Source: Candidatus Latescibacterota bacterium
GTDB taxonomy: Bacteria > Krumholzibacteriota > Krumholzibacteriia > WVZY01 > JAKEHA01
Direction of reading: 5' to 3'
Assembly (NCBI GenBank): GCA_963707635.1
Contig: OY970173.1
Location: 1,120,001 to 1,184,000 of the forward strand
DNA: 64,000 bases
This document shows, one piece after another, positions 36,829 through 46,891 of the stretch. The notes under the pieces were generated by a model that made no database searches, was not told the origin of the DNA, and worked only from the letters and a program-made list of their open reading frames with translations. The stretch's first letter is position 1. Every line of letters begins with the position of its first letter. The translations under genes and the position numbers were made by a program.

Positions 36829-38688
36829 TCAGCCCGCGATCTGTTGCAGCCGGCGGAGAAATTCGTTCTTGTCGATGAACTGCACCGCGCGCAGGTCTTT
36901 CACTTCCGCGCCGCGCTTGTCGATGAAGATCAAGGTCGGCACGCCGCGAATGTCGTACTTCTTGCGCAGCGCGCGCACGTCGGGCGATCCGTGCTGGGTC
37001 AGGTCAGCCTTGAGGGTGATGATATCCTCCGCGGCGGCGACCACCTCGGGCTGGTTGAATGTCTGGTGCTCCAGTTCGCGGCACGGCAGACACCAGCTGG
37101 CGGAGAAATCGATCACGACCGGCTTGCCGCCCGCGATCGCGTCGGCGAGCGCCACCTCGGCGTAGGGAGCCCAGACGATTGCCTCGCCCTTTTCGCGCCC
37201 CAGCATGTGGCCGGGTGCGAGCATCACGTAGAGGCCATAAAGCGGCGCCGCCACACCCACGAATCGCCGGAACGCGGTGAACAAGAGCGCGGAGGCGCGC
37301 ACCCGCGACACGAAGCCGAGCCATACCCCGCCGACGACCAGCACGGCGCCGAGCAGGCCGAAATAGAGCGCGTCGTTGAGCAGCGGATCGAGGAAGTACA
37401 CCGCCATCGCGAGCAGCACGACGCCGAACAACCGCCGCACCCATTCCATCCACTCGCCCGACTTGGGGAGCTGGCGGATGTTGCCCGACGCCACCGCGAG
37501 CACGACGAAAGGAGTGCCGAGGCCCAGCGCCAGCACGAAGAACAGGGAGAAGCCGAGCAGCAGGCTCCCCCGTTCGCCGACGAAGGTAAGCAGCCCGAGC
37601 ACGAAGGGGCCGATGCACGGCGCGGCAACGATCCCCACCGTCAGCCCCATCAGGAACGAGCCCAGCGACCCCTGTTTCGCGGTTCCGGCCACGCCGGCAA
37701 GCCGGGTGGGCACGCGAATCTCGTAGTAACCGAACATCGACATCGCGAGCCCGACCATCACCAGCGAGATCGCGATCACGACGATCGGGTTCTGGAGCGC
37801 CGACCCGAACAGACTGCCGGTGAACGCGGCGAAGAGTCCGAGCGCCGAATAGGTGGTCGCCATGCCCAGCAGATAGAGCAGCGCCAGCATCACGGTGCGC
37901 GACCCGCGCCCGCGCGCCTGGCCGCCGAAGTAGCTCACCGTGATCGGAATCATGGGATACACGCACGGGGTCAGGTTCAGCGCCAGGCCGCCGATGAACA
38001 CCAGCACGAATCCGAACAGCAGCCCGCGCGAGGCGATGGCCTGCTGGAGGGTATTCTCCTCGCCGGCGCTGGCGCCGGCGCCGTCGCTGGTCTCCGCGTC
38101 CATCGTGCCCAGCGCGCCGAAATCGATCCGGTCGAAGACGTCCGCGTTCGCGAGATCGACCGCGTCGACCGGCGACGAAATCGCCACCGGGATGAACACC
38201 TCGGAGGTCTGCGGCAGCAGGCACTTCTCGTTATCGCAGGCCTGGTAGGTGACGATCGCCTTGAGCGCGGCCTGCCCGATCGGCGCGTCCCCGGCCACGT
38301 CGATCACGGCGCCGATGTAGACGGTGCCTTCGTAGAGCCGCAGCGGAGTTTCCGCGAATGCGAGCTTCTTCTCCACGTACTTCGGATAGACAATGCCGCG
38401 AACGGTGATGCCGGCGGGCGCTTCGATCGCGACCTCGGTCGGAATCAGGAAGTCTTCGGTCACCTGGTTCGCGTTCACGTGCCAGGGCGCGCGAATGGCA
38501 ATGGCGACTGCCACCTGCGCGGTGCCGCCCTGAGGGACGTTGGTGAGCGAAAGGTACCCGGTGGTCGTGATCGGCTCCGCGAACGGGTCGGCGAACGGCG
38601 TCGCGGTGTCGATGGCCCACGCGCCGCCGACCGGAGCCACCACCGCAAGCGCGGCGGCCAGGACCGCAAGTAAGAAAGTTTTTCTCAT
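36829..38688 (-). CDS. dsbD: Protein-disulfide reductase DsbD
   Basis: N-domain YQACDNEKCL; TM domain LTPCVYPMIP and AAPCIGP; PKSGEWM; thioredoxin domain ASWCLPC. Confidence 0.9.
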   Translation of the reverse strand: MRKTFLLAVLAAALAVVAPVGGAWAIDTATPFADPFAEPITTTGYLSLTNVPQGGTAQVAVAIAIRAPWHVNANQVTEDFLIPTEVAIEAPAGITVRGIVYPKYVEKKLAFAETPLRLYEGTVYIGAVIDVAGDAPIGQAALKAIVTYQACDNEKCLLPQTSEVFIPVAISSPVDAVDLANADVFDRIDFGALGTMDAETSDGAGASAGEENTLQQAIASRGLLFGFVLVFIGGLALNLTPCVYPMIPITVSYFGGQARGRGSRTVMLALLYLLGMATTYSALGLFAAFTGSLFGSALQNPIVVIAISLVMVGLAMSMFGYYEIRVPTRLAGVAGTAKQGSLGSFLMGLTVGIVAAPCIGPFVLGLLTFVGERGSLLLGFSLFFVLALGLGTPFVVLAVASGNIRQLPKSGEWMEWVRRLFGVVLLAMAVYFLDPLLNDALYFGLLGAVLVVGGVWLGFVSRVRASALLFTAFRRFVGVAAPLYGLYVMLAPGHMLGREKGEAIVWAPYAEVALADAIAGGKPVVIDFSASWCLPCRELEHQTFNQPEVVAAAEDIITLKADLTQHGSPDVRALRKKYDIRGVPTLIFIDKRGAEVKDLRAVQFIDKNEFLRRLQQIAG

Positions 38689-38702
38689 AGGTAGTGTGTC
38701 GA

Positions 38703-39188
38703 TCAATCCGGCGCCGACTGCGCCATTCGGTCCAGCATGAACGGGGCGAAGCGCTTGTAGATCGGTCGAAGGACCTTCCAGTAGCGCCTACCCTTGGGTT
38801 CCTGAATCCTGACCGCGGTGGCGATCGAAAGGGTGGCGGGGTCGGTTCCGCGATCCAGGATGTACGAGAGGAAGTACTGGAGACCCAGGGTATGGCCCTC
38901 GAACACCACTTCTCGCTCGTCGCGGTACACTTCGCGGTCCCCCTTGTGAAACGCGTGCTCGATCACGGTCTCGAGCTTGACATAGGTGGTGAATTCCAGC
39001 GGCACGCGGTAACAGTCGACGTAGTCGACCGGCCCCAGCTGGTTGGCGATGTAACTGTACGAAGGAACCGGAATCGGCACCACGTCGTGAGTGCCCGCGA
39101 CCCCCGCCATGATGAACACGCCGATGATGGCCGTGATCACCACTACGATCGCGATCACCACCACCGCTTTCAACACCGTGCCGATCAT
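38703..39188 (-). CDS. Hypothetical membrane-anchored protein (DUF2867-like)
   Basis: DYVDCY, GRRYW..LRP; coupled to neighbours by 4-nt overlap. Confidence 0.55.
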   Translation of the reverse strand: MIGTVLKAVVVIAIVVVITAIIGVFIMAGVAGTHDVVPIPVPSYSYIANQLGPVDYVDCYRVPLEFTTYVKLETVIEHAFHKGDREVYRDEREVVFEGHTLGLQYFLSYILDRGTDPATLSIATAVRIQEPKGRRYWKVLRPIYKRFAPFMLDRMAQSAPD

Positions 39189-39937
39189 GGAGTTTCCATC
39201 CTCACCAGCCGGGTTTCGAACACCGCCGTGAACGGGCCCCGCTTACCCCTATGTTGCACCAAGACGTGCGGCGCGTCCACGGTGATCCAGAAGGTGATCT
39301 TGGGGCGGAACACGAGCACCCGGACGGTGACTTCCATGCGGTGGCACGCGAACGTTCCTGCGGGCACGGCGATGGTCTCGATTCCGCGGTCGCGCACGTC
39401 GACGTCGACGGTTCGGTGCGACCAGTCCGCCATGAACACGTCCCGGGCCTCGGGATCGCCGAAGGGAAAGTGCCGCATCCACAGGAGCAGGGAAGCGTCC
39501 GCCGCGATCGGCCGATCGCGGGGGCACTCGGCGCGGGAGGTTTGGGTCTCGCCGTCGCGCCAGGTCTCCATGACCAGCGTCGAGCCGTCGACCCGGAGCG
39601 AGTCGCTCTCATACACCGAGCCGTCGCGCCCGTAGCGCCGCCGGACCGCCGTGACCAGGACTCCGGCTTCCGTGGTCTCGATCACCCCGCGGTCCACCAG
39701 ACCGCCGCCGAAGCGGATGTCGAACGCGTACACCGCTCCCACGCGCGTCGAGGTGATGGTGACGGAATGCGTCTCCTCGGTCGCGCTGTCAGCGTGTTCG
39801 GGGCTGGCGAGGTAGACGTACCGCTCGACCACCGCCGCCGTGTCGGTGGGAGCCGACTCCGCGCGCCCGCTCCGGCCCCCGCCCAATGCGACGGCGAGCG
39901 TGGCGAGAGCCGTTACGAGGATCCGCGCAGACGCCAC
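39185..39937 (-). CDS. Hypothetical secreted protein (DUF3108-like)
   Basis: Signal-like N-terminus; GIETIAVPAGTFAC. Confidence 0.6.
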   Translation of the reverse strand: MASARILVTALATLAVALGGGRSGRAESAPTDTAAVVERYVYLASPEHADSATEETHSVTITSTRVGAVYAFDIRFGGGLVDRGVIETTEAGVLVTAVRRRYGRDGSVYESDSLRVDGSTLVMETWRDGETQTSRAECPRDRPIAADASLLLWMRHFPFGDPEARDVFMADWSHRTVDVDVRDRGIETIAVPAGTFACHRMEVTVRVLVFRPKITFWITVDAPHVLVQHRGKRGPFTAVFETRLVRMETP

Positions 39938-40875
39938 AAGAAATACGCGAACGGGATGAGGCCGAACCACATGATGAAATTGAGCGCGTTGATCATAATG
40001 GAGTCGATGCGGCGGTCGTAGTTGCCCGAGCGCGCGAAGCGGGTCAGCACGAACGCCAGCGCGAGTGCGTGCGGGACGGTGAGAAAGAACACGAGTCCGA
40101 AGCTTCCCGGCACGAGCCCGTCCATCCACAGTGTGATGCCACCCACGCTGGCCGCGACGGCGGCGAACGACGCGATGAACGCGGCCCGCGTCGGCCCGAA
40201 AATCACGCTGTACGAGCGCTTGTTCACGGAGGCGTCGGCGGCGTGGTCGGGAATGCCGGCGACGGTGTTGGCGGCGAACACCGCGCAGAAGACCGGCATG
40301 CTCACGAGATACGGGAGCGGGTCGTGCCAGTCGCCGCCCTGTGAGACCCACCCGAAGAGCATCGCGTAGGTGCTGTGGGTGAAGGAGACGACTATCTCCC
40401 CGTAGCCGCGGTAGCTCAATTTGAGCGGCGGCGCCGTGTAGCCGAGGCCGAGGACGGCGCCGAGCACGACCAGCACGGCCACGGGCAGGCGCTGATCGGC
40501 CGGCGTGCGGAAGAGCAGCAAGCCGGCTGCGGCGAGCAGCACGACGATCGCGCCGGTCGCGGCGCGCTGGACTTCCTGGCGGCGCAGCGCCCCGACCACC
40601 AGCATGCGGGAGCCTCCGGTGAACGGGCTGGCGTTGCGATTGCGCAGGTCGCCCTCGTAGTCGAAGTGCTCGTTGGTGAGGACGGTGGCGAATTCGATCA
40701 GGAACAGGCACGCGTAGGCGAGGAGCGCGCGGGTCCAGTCGAAGGCGCCCCCCGCCAGTGCCGCCGCGATCGCACCGGCCCCGTAGACGAAGATCACCAT
40801 CGGGTAGAACTGCAAACGCGCGACGCGGAACCACGCGATCGGTCTCGGGATCACGGCTGCCGGCATGTGGTTCAT
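39913..40875 (-). CDS. UbiA/MenA-family prenyltransferase
   Basis: NEHFDYEGD, FTGGSR, YTAPPLKLSYRGYGE, D...D..VNKRS. Confidence 0.85.
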   Translation of the reverse strand: MNHMPAAVIPRPIAWFRVARLQFYPMVIFVYGAGAIAAALAGGAFDWTRALLAYACLFLIEFATVLTNEHFDYEGDLRNRNASPFTGGSRMLVVGALRRQEVQRAATGAIVVLLAAAGLLLFRTPADQRLPVAVLVVLGAVLGLGYTAPPLKLSYRGYGEIVVSFTHSTYAMLFGWVSQGGDWHDPLPYLVSMPVFCAVFAANTVAGIPDHAADASVNKRSYSVIFGPTRAAFIASFAAVAASVGGITLWMDGLVPGSFGLVFFLTVPHALALAFVLTRFARSGNYDRRIDSIMINALNFIMWFGLIPFAYFLWRLRGSS

Positions 40876-41507
40876 CGCTTGACCGCGATGGTGATCCCGT
40901 CGCGGATCGGGAGCATGACGTGCTCCACGCGCGGGTCGCGCGCGATGTGTTCGTTGAACGCGGCCAGCGCGCGCGCGTCCGCCTCCTTCGGGGCGAGGAC
41001 CTCTCCGCTCCAGAGCACGTTGTCCGCCAGGATTACGCCGCCCGCGCGGACCTTGGGCAGGCAGGCGTCCCAGTAATGGATGTAGTTGGTCTTGTCGGCG
41101 TCGATGAACACCAGGTCGATCGGACCGGCGAGGCCGGCGATGGTGTCGAGCGCGGGGGCGAGCCGGAGCACGATCTTTTTCCCGTGGAGGCTTTGATTCC
41201 AGTACTTGGTCGCGATCGCGGTGGCCTTGGGATCGATGTCGCAGGTGACGATCTCGCCGTCGTCGGGAAGCCCCTCCGCCATCGCGAGCGCGCTGTAACC
41301 GGTGAAGGTGCCGATCTCGAGTACGCGCCGCGCCGAGGTCATGCGCACGAGCAATTTCAGCAGGAGTCCCTCGCCGTGGCCGACCATCATCTGGGGCTGG
41401 GTGGTGGCGGCGCGCGTCTCGGCCGCGAGTTCCTTGTAGAGGGTTGCTTCCGGCGACGAATGCGCGTCGGCGTAGGCTTGGATGTTTTCGGGAACAAACG
41501 AGATCAC
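40872..41507 (-). CDS. Class I SAM-dependent O-methyltransferase (CCoAOMT-like)
   Basis: VLEIGTFTGYSAL, DLVFIDADK, DNVLWSG, IRDG. Confidence 0.9.
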   Translation of the reverse strand: MISFVPENIQAYADAHSSPEATLYKELAAETRAATTQPQMMVGHGEGLLLKLLVRMTSARRVLEIGTFTGYSALAMAEGLPDDGEIVTCDIDPKATAIATKYWNQSLHGKKIVLRLAPALDTIAGLAGPIDLVFIDADKTNYIHYWDACLPKVRAGGVILADNVLWSGEVLAPKEADARALAAFNEHIARDPRVEHVMLPIRDGITIAVKR

Positions 41508-41752
41508 GGCGGCCTTCCTGCTCCGAAAGAATACGCGATGGTGGCGTTTCAAGCAAGCTCCCATGGGCGCGTGAGCGCGCCCGGAGCGGCTCGCGAGGAC
41601 GATTCCGGAGCGAATCCGCAGCGCGCTTTCAACCATCGCGCGCGAGGACCCTGAGCGAAGGAACGTCTTCGCGAGCCGGTAGTTTCCCAGGAAACTACGC
41701 GCGAGCCGGGTGGTTGAACAATGTCACCAGCGCTGATAAGCTGCGCGTCTCG

Positions 41753-42412
41753 ATGCCCACGAAGATGCAGGTCCTCTATCTCATCCGCCACGCCGAGACC
41801 ACGTACAACCGCGAGGGGCGCGTGCAGGGCCATGTCGAGTCGTCGTTGAGCCGGCTCGGCTCCCGTCAGGCAAAACGCATCGGCGAACGACTCGGGTACG
41901 TCGAGTTTGTCGCCGCGTACTCGAGCCCGTCCAAACGAGCCGTGCAGACGTCGAAGCTCGCATTCGGTGGCGCGTTCGACGTCGAAACGCGCGAGGGGCT
42001 GCGCGAAATCCGTCTCGGCAAGTGGGAGGGCCAGAAGGCGAGCGTGTTGCGCCGCCGCTACCCGCGGGAGGTGCACCTGTGGTTTCACCAGCCCAGCGCG
42101 GTTCGCATCCCCGGCGCCGAGACCATCGGACTGTTTCGCCGCCGCGTCGTGCGCGAGGTCAATCACATCCGCAAGGAGCACCCGGCCGGCGAGGTGGCGA
42201 TCGTGACGCACGGAGGCGTGATCTGCGCCTACCTGACATCCGTGCTCGGTATGAAACTCGACGACCTGTGGCGCTTCAAGATTCGCAACGCGTCGGTGAC
42301 GCGGGTGCTCTTCCCACAGGGCCGCGCGCGCGTCGACCTGCTGGGCGACATCCACCACCTGAACGGCGTGTTTCGCGACGTGCCCGACCGGCCGTTTCGA
42401 TTGTTTCCGTGA
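41753..42412 (+). CDS. Histidine phosphatase family protein
   Basis: LIRHAET, SSP..RA.QT, LREI..G.WEG, VTHGG. Confidence 0.85.
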   Translation: MPTKMQVLYLIRHAETTYNREGRVQGHVESSLSRLGSRQAKRIGERLGYVEFVAAYSSPSKRAVQTSKLAFGGAFDVETREGLREIRLGKWEGQKASVLRRRYPREVHLWFHQPSAVRIPGAETIGLFRRRVVREVNHIRKEHPAGEVAIVTHGGVICAYLTSVLGMKLDDLWRFKIRNASVTRVLFPQGRARVDLLGDIHHLNGVFRDVPDRPFRLFP

Positions 42413-42421
42413 CGCACGCGG

Positions 42422-43156
42422 CTACCACCGGACGGATCCCGCCGCGCGAATCCGCCTGATTTCCGGTCCCGCCAGCAGGAAGGCCCCCAGCATGCCCGCC
42501 ACGAATCCGCCGATGTGCGCGAACCATGCGACCCCGCCCGTGACCTCTCTCGCGCCCAGCGACAGGAACCCCTGGAGCGATTGCATCACGAACCAGAGCA
42601 ACAGAAGCAGGCTGGCGGGGACTTCGATCAGGCGGATGAAGAACGGGATCACGACCGCGGTCAACACGCGGGCGCGCGGGTAGGTGACGAGGTAGGCGCC
42701 CAGCACGCCCGCGACCGCGCCGCTCGCGCCGACCGTCGGGGTGGTGGATCCCGGATTGGAGAGGATGTGGGCGAACCCCGCCGCCACGCCGCACGCGAGA
42801 TAGAACACGATGAATTTCACGCGTCCCATGAGGTCCTCGACGTTGTTCCCGAAGATCCACAGGTAGAGCATGTTGCCGAAGATGTGCATGACGCTCCCGT
42901 GCATGAACATCGACGTGAGCAACGTGAGGGGCAGAAACGGCGGGCCCGCCGCGTGTTCGAACGGGCCGCCGTGGGTGCCGACCAGGTCGGCGAAATGAAC
43001 GATCTCGTAGGGAACGACTCCGTACGCCGCGACGAAACGCGACAGCGAGTCGCCGAGCGTCATCTCATAGAGAAAAACCACGACGTTGATCGCGACCAGC
43101 GCGATGGTGACGACCGGCGTGCGACGGGTGGGATTGTGATCCTTGAGCGGAAACAT
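42422..43156 (-). CDS. Rhomboid family intramembrane serine protease
   Basis: SMFMHG..HIFGNM, VGASGAV, AWFAHIGGF. Confidence 0.9.
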   Translation of the reverse strand: MFPLKDHNPTRRTPVVTIALVAINVVVFLYEMTLGDSLSRFVAAYGVVPYEIVHFADLVGTHGGPFEHAAGPPFLPLTLLTSMFMHGSVMHIFGNMLYLWIFGNNVEDLMGRVKFIVFYLACGVAAGFAHILSNPGSTTPTVGASGAVAGVLGAYLVTYPRARVLTAVVIPFFIRLIEVPASLLLLLWFVMQSLQGFLSLGAREVTGGVAWFAHIGGFVAGMLGAFLLAGPEIRRIRAAGSVRW

Positions 43157-43159
43157 GGC

Positions 43160-43836
43160 CTATCGACGCCGCGGTCGCAGCGTGCCGAGCAGGCGCTCGG
43201 TCCTGGGCAACAGGGGGGTTCCGGCCGCCAGCCGCGCCCGGCACAGGCCCTCCAGCAGCTCGAGCCCGCCGGCGTCGTCGACGTCGTACCACAGCGGCAG
43301 CAGCGACAGCGACAATCCCGCACGAGCAATCGCATCGACGGTGTCCGCCAGCACCGTGCGCGTTCCCCAGGGGATGCCGGCGAACAGAGAAGGCGCCGGC
43401 GCACGCAGGCCGACGAGATAGTAGCCGCCGTCGGCGGCCGGGCCCAGGACGACGTCGCGGTGCTTGAGCTTCTGGAAGGCGCGCGCGAGGTGGGACACCG
43501 GGAGGTCGGGGCTGTCCGAGCCGATGACAACCGCCCGCGCGGCGGGCGGCTCCAACAAGTGGTCGAATGCGGCGGCGAGTCTCGCGCCGAGGTCGGCGCC
43601 GGCCTGCGGGACCAGCGGCCAGCGCGGCGGCACCATCGACTCGAGCTCCGCCGTCCGCTCGCCCGAATAGAAGACGGTCGGGATAAACTTCGCCTCGCGC
43701 ACGCGCGGGAACAGGTCGGCCAGAAACGCGGCGTAGAGGTCGCGCGCGCCGGCCGCATCCAGGGGTGGAACCAGCCGGGTCTTGACCTCGCCGCGACGGG
43801 TGAGCGCACGAATATGCCGAGCCTCTTAATTATCAC
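43160..43836 (-). CDS. DUF2064/TIGR04282 glycosyltransferase-like protein with a one-base frameshift near 43790
   Basis: Restoring one base gives SPVAGEVKTRL; Q.GADLGARL, IGSDSP, LGPAADGGYYLVG, DVD. Confidence 0.8.
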
Positions 43837-43937
43837 GATTGAAAGCGGTTCCGGTGGCGGGTGTGACGGTCACCATACCACGGTCTGGCGGGCGCGTGCA
43901 CGGGCCAATCCCGGCGATCCTCGCCCCGGAACGAGAG

Positions 43938-43999
43938 TTGACACCCCGGCGGGTACCGAGTACCTTCAACGCGGAACCCATTGTGAAACTGGGTTACAA
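43938..43999 (+). promoter_or_regulatory. sigma70 promoter of nuoA-F plus imperfect palindromic operator
   Basis: TTGACA-17-TACCTT; TTGTGAAACTGGGTTACAA at 43981-43999. Confidence 0.6.
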
Positions 44000-44046
44000 G
44001 GTCCCCGGGCCCTTTCTCCCGACACACCGAAACGCCTGACGCGACG

Positions 44047-44409
44047 ATGGACCTGGCGCTCAAGTACACACCGGTGCTCGTGCTGTTTCTGCTCGCGTTC
44101 GCGATCCCGCTCATCATGCTGGCGATCGCGGGGGTGACCGGTCCGCGCCAGCCGAGTCCGCGCAAGATGACCCCGTTCGAGTGCGGCGTCGAGTCGCTCG
44201 GCGACACACGGCACCGATTCTCGGTGAGATTCTTCCTGGTCGCGCTGCTGTTCATCATCTTCGACATCGAATCCGTCTTCATCTTCCCGTGGGCGGTGCT
44301 GTTTCGCGAGCTGGGGATGTTCGGATTCGTGGAGATGTCGATCTTCCTGACCATCCTGCTCCTCGGCCTGTTCTACGTGTGGAAGAAAGGAGCGCTCGAA
44401 TGGGAATAG
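44047..44409 (+). CDS. nuoA: NADH-quinone oxidoreductase subunit A
   Basis: PFECG, FIIFDIE, WKKGALEWE. Confidence 0.95.
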   Translation: MDLALKYTPVLVLFLLAFAIPLIMLAIAGVTGPRQPSPRKMTPFECGVESLGDTRHRFSVRFFLVALLFIIFDIESVFIFPWAVLFRELGMFGFVEMSIFLTILLLGLFYVWKKGALEWE

Positions 44410-44939
44410 ACCAGAGCCTCTTGCCGGCCACCAAGGACGAGGCCGGCATCGTCACCACCCGGCTCGACGAGATCGTGCGCTGGGGGCGGAAGAACTCGCT
44501 GTGGCCGCTCCCGTTCGGGACGGCGTGCTGCGCGATCGAGTTCATGGGCGTCGTTTCCAGCAAGTTCGACATCTCGCGCTTCGGCGCGGAGCTGGTGCGC
44601 TTCTCGCCGCGGCAGTCGGACATGATCCTGGTGGCCGGCACCATCAACTACAAGCTGGCGCCGGTCTTGAAGCGCATCTACGACCAGATCGCCGAGCCCA
44701 AGTACGTGATCTCGATGGGCGCGTGCGCGTGCTCCGGCGGCTTCTACGACAACTATGCGACGGTGCAGGGGATCGACCAGATCATCCCGGTCGACGTGTT
44801 CATCCCCGGTTGCCCGCCGCGCCCCGAGGCGATCCTGCACGCCGTCATGAAGCTCCAGGAACGCATCGACAAGGAACCGGTCGCGCGCCGCGGTCAGCCG
44901 CGCCGGCACGAAGTGGTCGAGAAGTTCAAGGATAACTAG
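44400..44939 (+). CDS. nuoB: NADH-quinone oxidoreductase subunit B
   Basis: GTACCAIE, SPRQSD, MGACA, PGCPPRPE. Confidence 0.95.
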   Translation: MGIDQSLLPATKDEAGIVTTRLDEIVRWGRKNSLWPLPFGTACCAIEFMGVVSSKFDISRFGAELVRFSPRQSDMILVAGTINYKLAPVLKRIYDQIAEPKYVISMGACACSGGFYDNYATVQGIDQIIPVDVFIPGCPPRPEAILHAVMKLQERIDKEPVARRGQPRRHEVVEKFKDN

Positions 44940-44954
44940 GCCGGGAACTGGGGA

Positions 44955-45021
44955 GCGGGTGGCGCCGAGCTGGGGCCCCCGCGCGGCGAAGCCCGCGGGG
45001 TAGCGAGGCGACAGGCCCCGC
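44955..45021 (+). repeat. Nested-hairpin palindromic repeat (REP-like), copy A
   Basis: GCGGGTGGCG..GGGGCCCCCG..CGGGGT..GCGACAGGCCCCGC, collinear with 58619-58692. Confidence 0.7.
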
Positions 45022-45041
45022 GATGCACGATAGGAGCGCAG

Positions 45042-45572
45042 TTGACTAGCAAAGACACCGCACGACACGACGCGCTGGTCGCGGAACTCAAGGGCCGCTT
45101 CGGCGCGAGTGTTCTCGACGTCGATCGTTCCTTCGACGATTGCGCGGTCGTGGTCGCGAAGGACGCGCTGCACGACGTGCTGGCGTTCCTGAAGAACGAG
45201 CGCCGGTTCGACTTCCTCATGGACATCGCCGGCCTCGACTGCGCGAATCTCCCGACCTGCCGCGAGCGGTTCGAGCTGGCCTACGTCCTCTACTCGTCCC
45301 CCGACGACCTGCGCGTCCGCGTCGACGTCCCCGTCTCCGAGCTGGACCTGAAAGTACCCACCGTGACCGACCTGTGGAAGTCGGCCAACTGGGCGGAGCG
45401 CGAGGCGTTCGAGATGTTCGGCTTCGACTTCGTCGGGCATCCGTGCCTGAAGCGGCTGCTCACGCACCACGAGTTCGTCGGGCACCCGCTGCGCAAGGAC
45501 TACCCCATCATGGGCGGGCAGTGGTGCACGTCGACGTCCGACATGACCGAGGAACTCAACGAGCCCCGGTAG
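45042..45572 (+). CDS. nuoC: NADH-quinone oxidoreductase subunit C
   Basis: ANWAEREAFEMFG, GHPLRKDYP. Confidence 0.95.
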   Translation: MTSKDTARHDALVAELKGRFGASVLDVDRSFDDCAVVVAKDALHDVLAFLKNERRFDFLMDIAGLDCANLPTCRERFELAYVLYSSPDDLRVRVDVPVSELDLKVPTVTDLWKSANWAEREAFEMFGFDFVGHPCLKRLLTHHEFVGHPLRKDYPIMGGQWCTSTSDMTEELNEPR

Positions 45573-45579
45573 GGACGCG

Positions 45580-46890
45580 ATGGCGGATCACAAGACGGTC
45601 GACATCCAGGACTTCGTGCCCCGCGACGGCGAGGCGCGCGTCCCGTACTCGTCGAAGGACTTCGACCGCGACGTCGACGTTGCCCGCGACGACTTCAACG
45701 AGGGCCTCCAGCTCCCCGACATCGACTCGACGCCGATGTTCATCAACATCGGCCCGACCCATCCGGCGACGCACGGCACCTTCCGCGTCTACGCCCGACT
45801 CGACGGCGAGACGGTCGAGAAGGCGGGCGTGGACGTCGGCTATCTCCACCGCGGGTTCGAGAAGATCGTGGAGACCAAGCAGTACACGCAGGTCATTCCC
45901 TACACCGATCGCTTGAATTATTGCAGCGGGCTCACCAACAACGTGGCCTTCTGCAAGGCCGTCGAGCGCATGATGGGCATCGAGGTCTCCGAGCGGGTGA
46001 AGATGATCCGCGTGATCATCATGGAGATCCAGCGCATCATGGATCACATGATCTGCTCGGGCACGAATATCGTCGACATCGGCGCGCTCACCAACTTCTG
46101 GTACTTCTACAACGCGCGCGATCGCCTGGGCGACCTGCTGGAGGCGCTGACGGGCGCGCGGCTCACCTACAGCTACATCCGCATCGGCGGGCTCGCGTGG
46201 GACCTGCCCGCCAACTGGCGCGAGAACGTGAAGGCGGCCATCAAGCAGGTGCCCGCCGCGATCGCCGACGTGCGCGGCCTGGTCGCCAAGAATCGCATCT
46301 TCCAGGACCGCACGCGCGGGGTGGGCAGGATCAGCACCGAGGACGCGATCAGCTTCGGGTGGACGGGACCGTGCCTGCGCGCGACCGGAGCCGACTTGGA
46401 CCTGCGCAAGGTCCGGCCCTACTATGGCTACGAGCAATTCGACTTCGACGTGCCGGTCGGCGCCAACGGCGACGTGTACGACCGCATCCTCGTTCGGATA
46501 GCGGAAATGGAAGAGAGTCTCAAGATCATCCAGCAGGCGATCGATCGCGTGCCGGACGGTCCCATTAATGTGGACGACAAGCGCGTCACCCTGCCGCCGA
46601 AGCAGAAGGTGCACACGTCGATGGAGGCGCTCATCAACCACTTCAAGCTGGTGATCGAAGGAATCCAGCCGCCGCCGGGGCGCATCTACGACGCCACCGA
46701 GACGCCCAACGGCGAACTCGGGTTCTACATCGTGAGCGATGGCAGCGGACACCCGTACCGGATCAAGGTCCGTCCGCCGTGCTTCTACGCCATGAACACG
46801 CTCAAGTTTTTGATCGAGGGCGGCATGGTCGCGGACATCGTCGCCATCCTCGGCGGGTTGAACGTCATCGCGGGCGAGCTGGATCGCTGA
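45580..46890 (+). CDS. nuoD: NADH-quinone oxidoreductase subunit D
   Basis: GPTHPATHG, GYLHRG.EK, DRLNY, GELDR. Confidence 0.95.
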   Translation: MADHKTVDIQDFVPRDGEARVPYSSKDFDRDVDVARDDFNEGLQLPDIDSTPMFINIGPTHPATHGTFRVYARLDGETVEKAGVDVGYLHRGFEKIVETKQYTQVIPYTDRLNYCSGLTNNVAFCKAVERMMGIEVSERVKMIRVIIMEIQRIMDHMICSGTNIVDIGALTNFWYFYNARDRLGDLLEALTGARLTYSYIRIGGLAWDLPANWRENVKAAIKQVPAAIADVRGLVAKNRIFQDRTRGVGRISTEDAISFGWTGPCLRATGADLDLRKVRPYYGYEQFDFDVPVGANGDVYDRILVRIAEMEESLKIIQQAIDRVPDGPINVDDKRVTLPPKQKVHTSMEALINHFKLVIEGIQPPPGRIYDATETPNGELGFYIVSDGSGHPYRIKVRPPCFYAMNTLKFLIEGGMVADIVAILGGLNVIAGELDR

Positions 46891-46891
46891 C

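Noticed and set aside
23660..43800. Programmed ribosomal frameshifting at 23671 and 43790
   Set aside because: No slippery sequence; sequencing indels are the simpler explanation.
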